Source: Elusimicrobiota bacterium (GTDB lineage: Bacteria > Elusimicrobiota > UBA8919). Taken from it: a DNA stretch of 48,449 bases. The DNA lies in contig JBDRIG010000010.1 in assembly GCA_043816185.1 (NCBI GenBank), positions 1 to 48,449 on the forward strand, in the 5' to 3' direction. The notes beneath the pieces are model-generated. The model saw nothing but the letters and a program-made list of their open reading frames with translations. It ran no database searches and had not been told where the DNA came from. Within the stretch, counting starts at the first letter, position 1. Each line of letters begins with the position of its first letter. Shown here piece after piece: positions 45,153 to 48,449 of this stretch. A program made the position numbers and the translations under genes.

Positions 45153-46538
45153 ATGGAACAGAAAAATCTTGATTTTGTTAAAAAGTATTACAGTGACCCA
45201 AAAATAAAGGAACTCATTCTTTCGCAGTCACAAAATTATAGTTACTGTGTGGGAACAGGTGTAACGCTGCTTGAACAGGGTTGGACATTTCCTATAAAAG
45301 AAGTTGGAATTTCGCAGATTGAAGAACTTTTGAACGAGGGATTAGATATATCCTTTCCGATACGATGTAAAGACGATAATTATTTATATATCGTGTGGGA
45401 TATAAAATATTTCAACACAGAAAATCCTAATTGGATTTTTGATAGAGTAAACCAGAAAAAAATATTTGAATTAGGAAGTCCGATTTTTGAAGCAGTAGAA
45501 GAAACGCTTGATTCATTCGGCATAAAATATCTTGTAGATATTACAGTGTCGGGAATACATGTATGGTCAAAAATAAAAGTATCGTCGGAAGCATTTTGTA
45601 AATTTGCCAGCGAAAGCAACCTTTTTCCATCGCTTGAGCAAAAGTATACACAAATTATACCAGAAGACAAAAAAAGAACGAGACCTGTTTCTTTGGATTT
45701 GGGTAGAGCGTATAACACAGCAGGAAAAATACTTGAATATTTTTCTCACATTTTGATTGATAAAAGTAAAGAATTTAAAATCCCTATAACTGTTTCTGGT
45801 GCTGCGTCATTTAGTAAAAATTTTTCGTTTTCTGGCATTTCATCAGATTTGTCACAATACAGCCATCCAATATATATGAGATGTATGCGGGCTTTTTGTT
45901 CTCTCCATCAGAAATCAGTGATGAATGGTTTTTCTGAACTTGGATCTGCGGTTAACATAATTAAAACGAAAGAAATTTCTTACGTAGATTCGCTTGAAAT
46001 AATGTGGAACGTCGATAAAGCACTAAATTTTTACAATAAAAATTTTAAAAAGAAAAAAATTGATGTTCCAGATTCCTCGCAAGGGTGGCTTGAAGCGTTT
46101 AATTCATATACAAAAAGCGAGTTGAGAAAGAAGCATAAGATATGGGAAAGGATACCCGCAACAAAGAAGGATTGTGATTTAACACAGCCAGATGTAAAAA
46201 AGTTTTTTGAGCCTGCGAATGCCAATCCTGCTCTTTTGATACCGAGCAATTTACAGATTATAGTAAACCATTTTGCTTCAAGTGGTGTTTCAGCGGTGAA
46301 AAAAGTTTTTTCCATAATCGCTAAATATTATGCCGATAAAATGCTTGGATGGTATGATTATTTAAAATTTACAGGAATAAACTGGGATAAATACGACCCC
46401 GAAACTGTTAGTGATTTCTGGGGAAGAATATATTGGTCGTTAAACATTCCAAGTGTTCCAAAAAATGTTCAGAATGTTCCAAAATCCAGCAAAAGTCAAA
46501 AAAAACAAAAAAAGCAGAAACGAAAGAATGGCAAGTAA
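45153..46538 (+). CDS. hypothetical protein with archaeo-eukaryotic-primase (AEP)-like motifs and a poly-Lys C-terminal tail
   Basis: GGGAGG RBS; 461 aa. Candidate AEP motifs: I LYIVWDIKYF, II ITVSGIHVWS, III SSD-x10-RCMRAFCSLHQKS. Tail KSSKSQKKQKKQKRKNGK. Confidence applies to the CDS being real; the functional call is tentative. Confidence 0.7.
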   Translation: MEQKNLDFVKKYYSDPKIKELILSQSQNYSYCVGTGVTLLEQGWTFPIKEVGISQIEELLNEGLDISFPIRCKDDNYLYIVWDIKYFNTENPNWIFDRVNQKKIFELGSPIFEAVEETLDSFGIKYLVDITVSGIHVWSKIKVSSEAFCKFASESNLFPSLEQKYTQIIPEDKKRTRPVSLDLGRAYNTAGKILEYFSHILIDKSKEFKIPITVSGAASFSKNFSFSGISSDLSQYSHPIYMRCMRAFCSLHQKSVMNGFSELGSAVNIIKTKEISYVDSLEIMWNVDKALNFYNKNFKKKKIDVPDSSQGWLEAFNSYTKSELRKKHKIWERIPATKKDCDLTQPDVKKFFEPANANPALLIPSNLQIIVNHFASSGVSAVKKVFSIIAKYYADKMLGWYDYLKFTGINWDKYDPETVSDFWGRIYWSLNIPSVPKNVQNVPKSSKSQKKQKKQKRKNGK

Positions 46539-46545
46539 TGAATGA

Positions 46546-47940
<1,395 letters not shown>

Positions 47941-47994
47941 CAGAGATAATTAACATAGAAAGTTTTTAGAATAATTGTTCCGCCGTGTAATACT

Positions 47995-48189
47995 TTACAA
48001 TTTCGGTAGCAACTTGGCGACCGAATTAAGTTTATCTAAAGGTGTCTGATAGTTCAGTGCTAAATGTCTTCTTTGATAATTATAGCTATACATAAAGTTG
48101 TTAAGTTCAGCGATGAAATCGGTTTTTGAAAGAGAAACAGTTTGAAGTCTGATACACTCATTATACAATATTTTCCAGAATCTTTCAAT
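47995..48189 (-). pseudogene. C-terminal fragment of an rve (integrase-core) type transposase
   Basis: Minus strand reads IERFWKILYNECIRLQ...FMYSYNYQRRHLALNYQTPLDKLNSVAKLLPKL-stop (the IERF..., YN..R.H.AL...P tail of rve transposases). The upstream part is replaced by the repeat array that starts near 48190. Confidence 0.7.
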
Positions 48190-48194
48190 CTAAC

Positions 48195-48305
48195 GTATCA
48201 AACATGTAAAATCTAACCCGTATCAAATCATGTAAAATCTAACCCGTATCAAATCATGTAAAATCTAACCCAAGGGGTCATCGTCAAATCATGTATAATC
48301 TAACC
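48195..48305 (+). repeat. tandem 25/26-bp direct repeats forming the left end of an IS
   Basis: gtatcaaacatgtaaaatctaaccc (48195-48219), gtatcaaatcatgtaaaatctaaccc twice (48220-48271), and a degenerate copy (48277-48305). Followed by an aatctaacc / ggttagatt inverted repeat abutting the transposase ATG. Confidence 0.8.
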
Positions 48306-48324
48306 ATGTAAAGGGGGTTAGATT

Positions 48325-48449
48325 ATGAATTTAGAATTCAAAATGAATTACTTAAAAACCATTTATCAACGGTATCACAAATCAACTCGTAAAGAGAAAA
48401 GAGAAATTCTCAACGAGTTCTGTACTGTTTGTGGATATAACAGGAAATA
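48325..48449 (+). CDS. transposase N-terminus (HTH region), partial at window edge
   Basis: MNLEFKMNYLKTIYQRYHKSTRKEKREILNEFCTVCGYNRK resembles the N-terminus of rve-type DDE transposases (...ILDEFC..CGYNRKYA...). The ORF runs off the window. Confidence 0.6.
   Translation, partial: MNLEFKMNYLKTIYQRYHKSTRKEKREILNEFCTVCGYNRK

Noticed and set aside
48195-48305. Possible CRISPR array (regularly spaced 26-bp repeats); the same question arises for 12513-12560 and 4481-4666
   Set aside because: The units are directly abutting with no unique spacers, no cas genes are present, and the array abuts a transposase gene. They are interpreted as IS-end binding sites or tandem duplications.

Overview
AT-rich bacterial chromosomal segment. 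Gene content suggests an anaerobic, fermentative, diderm organism; no taxon can be assigned from the sequence alone.

Core content:
- Ferredoxin plus a four-subunit pyruvate:ferredoxin oxidoreductase (porGDAB).
- tpiA, pduL and rpiB; dnaE; accA.
- Class II aldolase and a PPi-dependent phosphofructokinase.
- A nifS-nifU-mnmA sulfur-relay operon on the minus strand.
- A six-gene MoxR/DUF58/BatA-like/DUF4159/vWA/DUF4175-like operon.
- The origin-proximal cluster rpmH-rnpA-yidD-yidC-jag, followed by tRNA-Tyr.
- thiE and purA.

Accessory or unusual content:
- A minor-pilin-like cluster (9055-12500) with a 707-aa PilX-N/beta-helix-like protein and two pseudopilins that share a leader.
- A two-gene type II R-M cassette (18719-21138).
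- An orphan island between thiE and purA (44464-46538). It encodes an NTase-fold protein and a 461-aa protein with primase-polymerase (AEP)-like motifs and a poly-Lys tail. I rank this the best candidate for an undescribed system.
- Several families of short dispersed repeats in almost every long spacer: a 117-bp MITE-like element in 3 copies, a 44-bp element, hairpin elements, and a 12-bp palindrome.
- Two transposase pseudogenes and a nested IS insertion at the right edge of the window.
- Imperfect tandem heptanucleotide arrays that encode three signal peptides.

No CRISPR array, rRNA gene or reverse transcriptase was seen. All product calls rest on motif recognition by eye, not on database searches.
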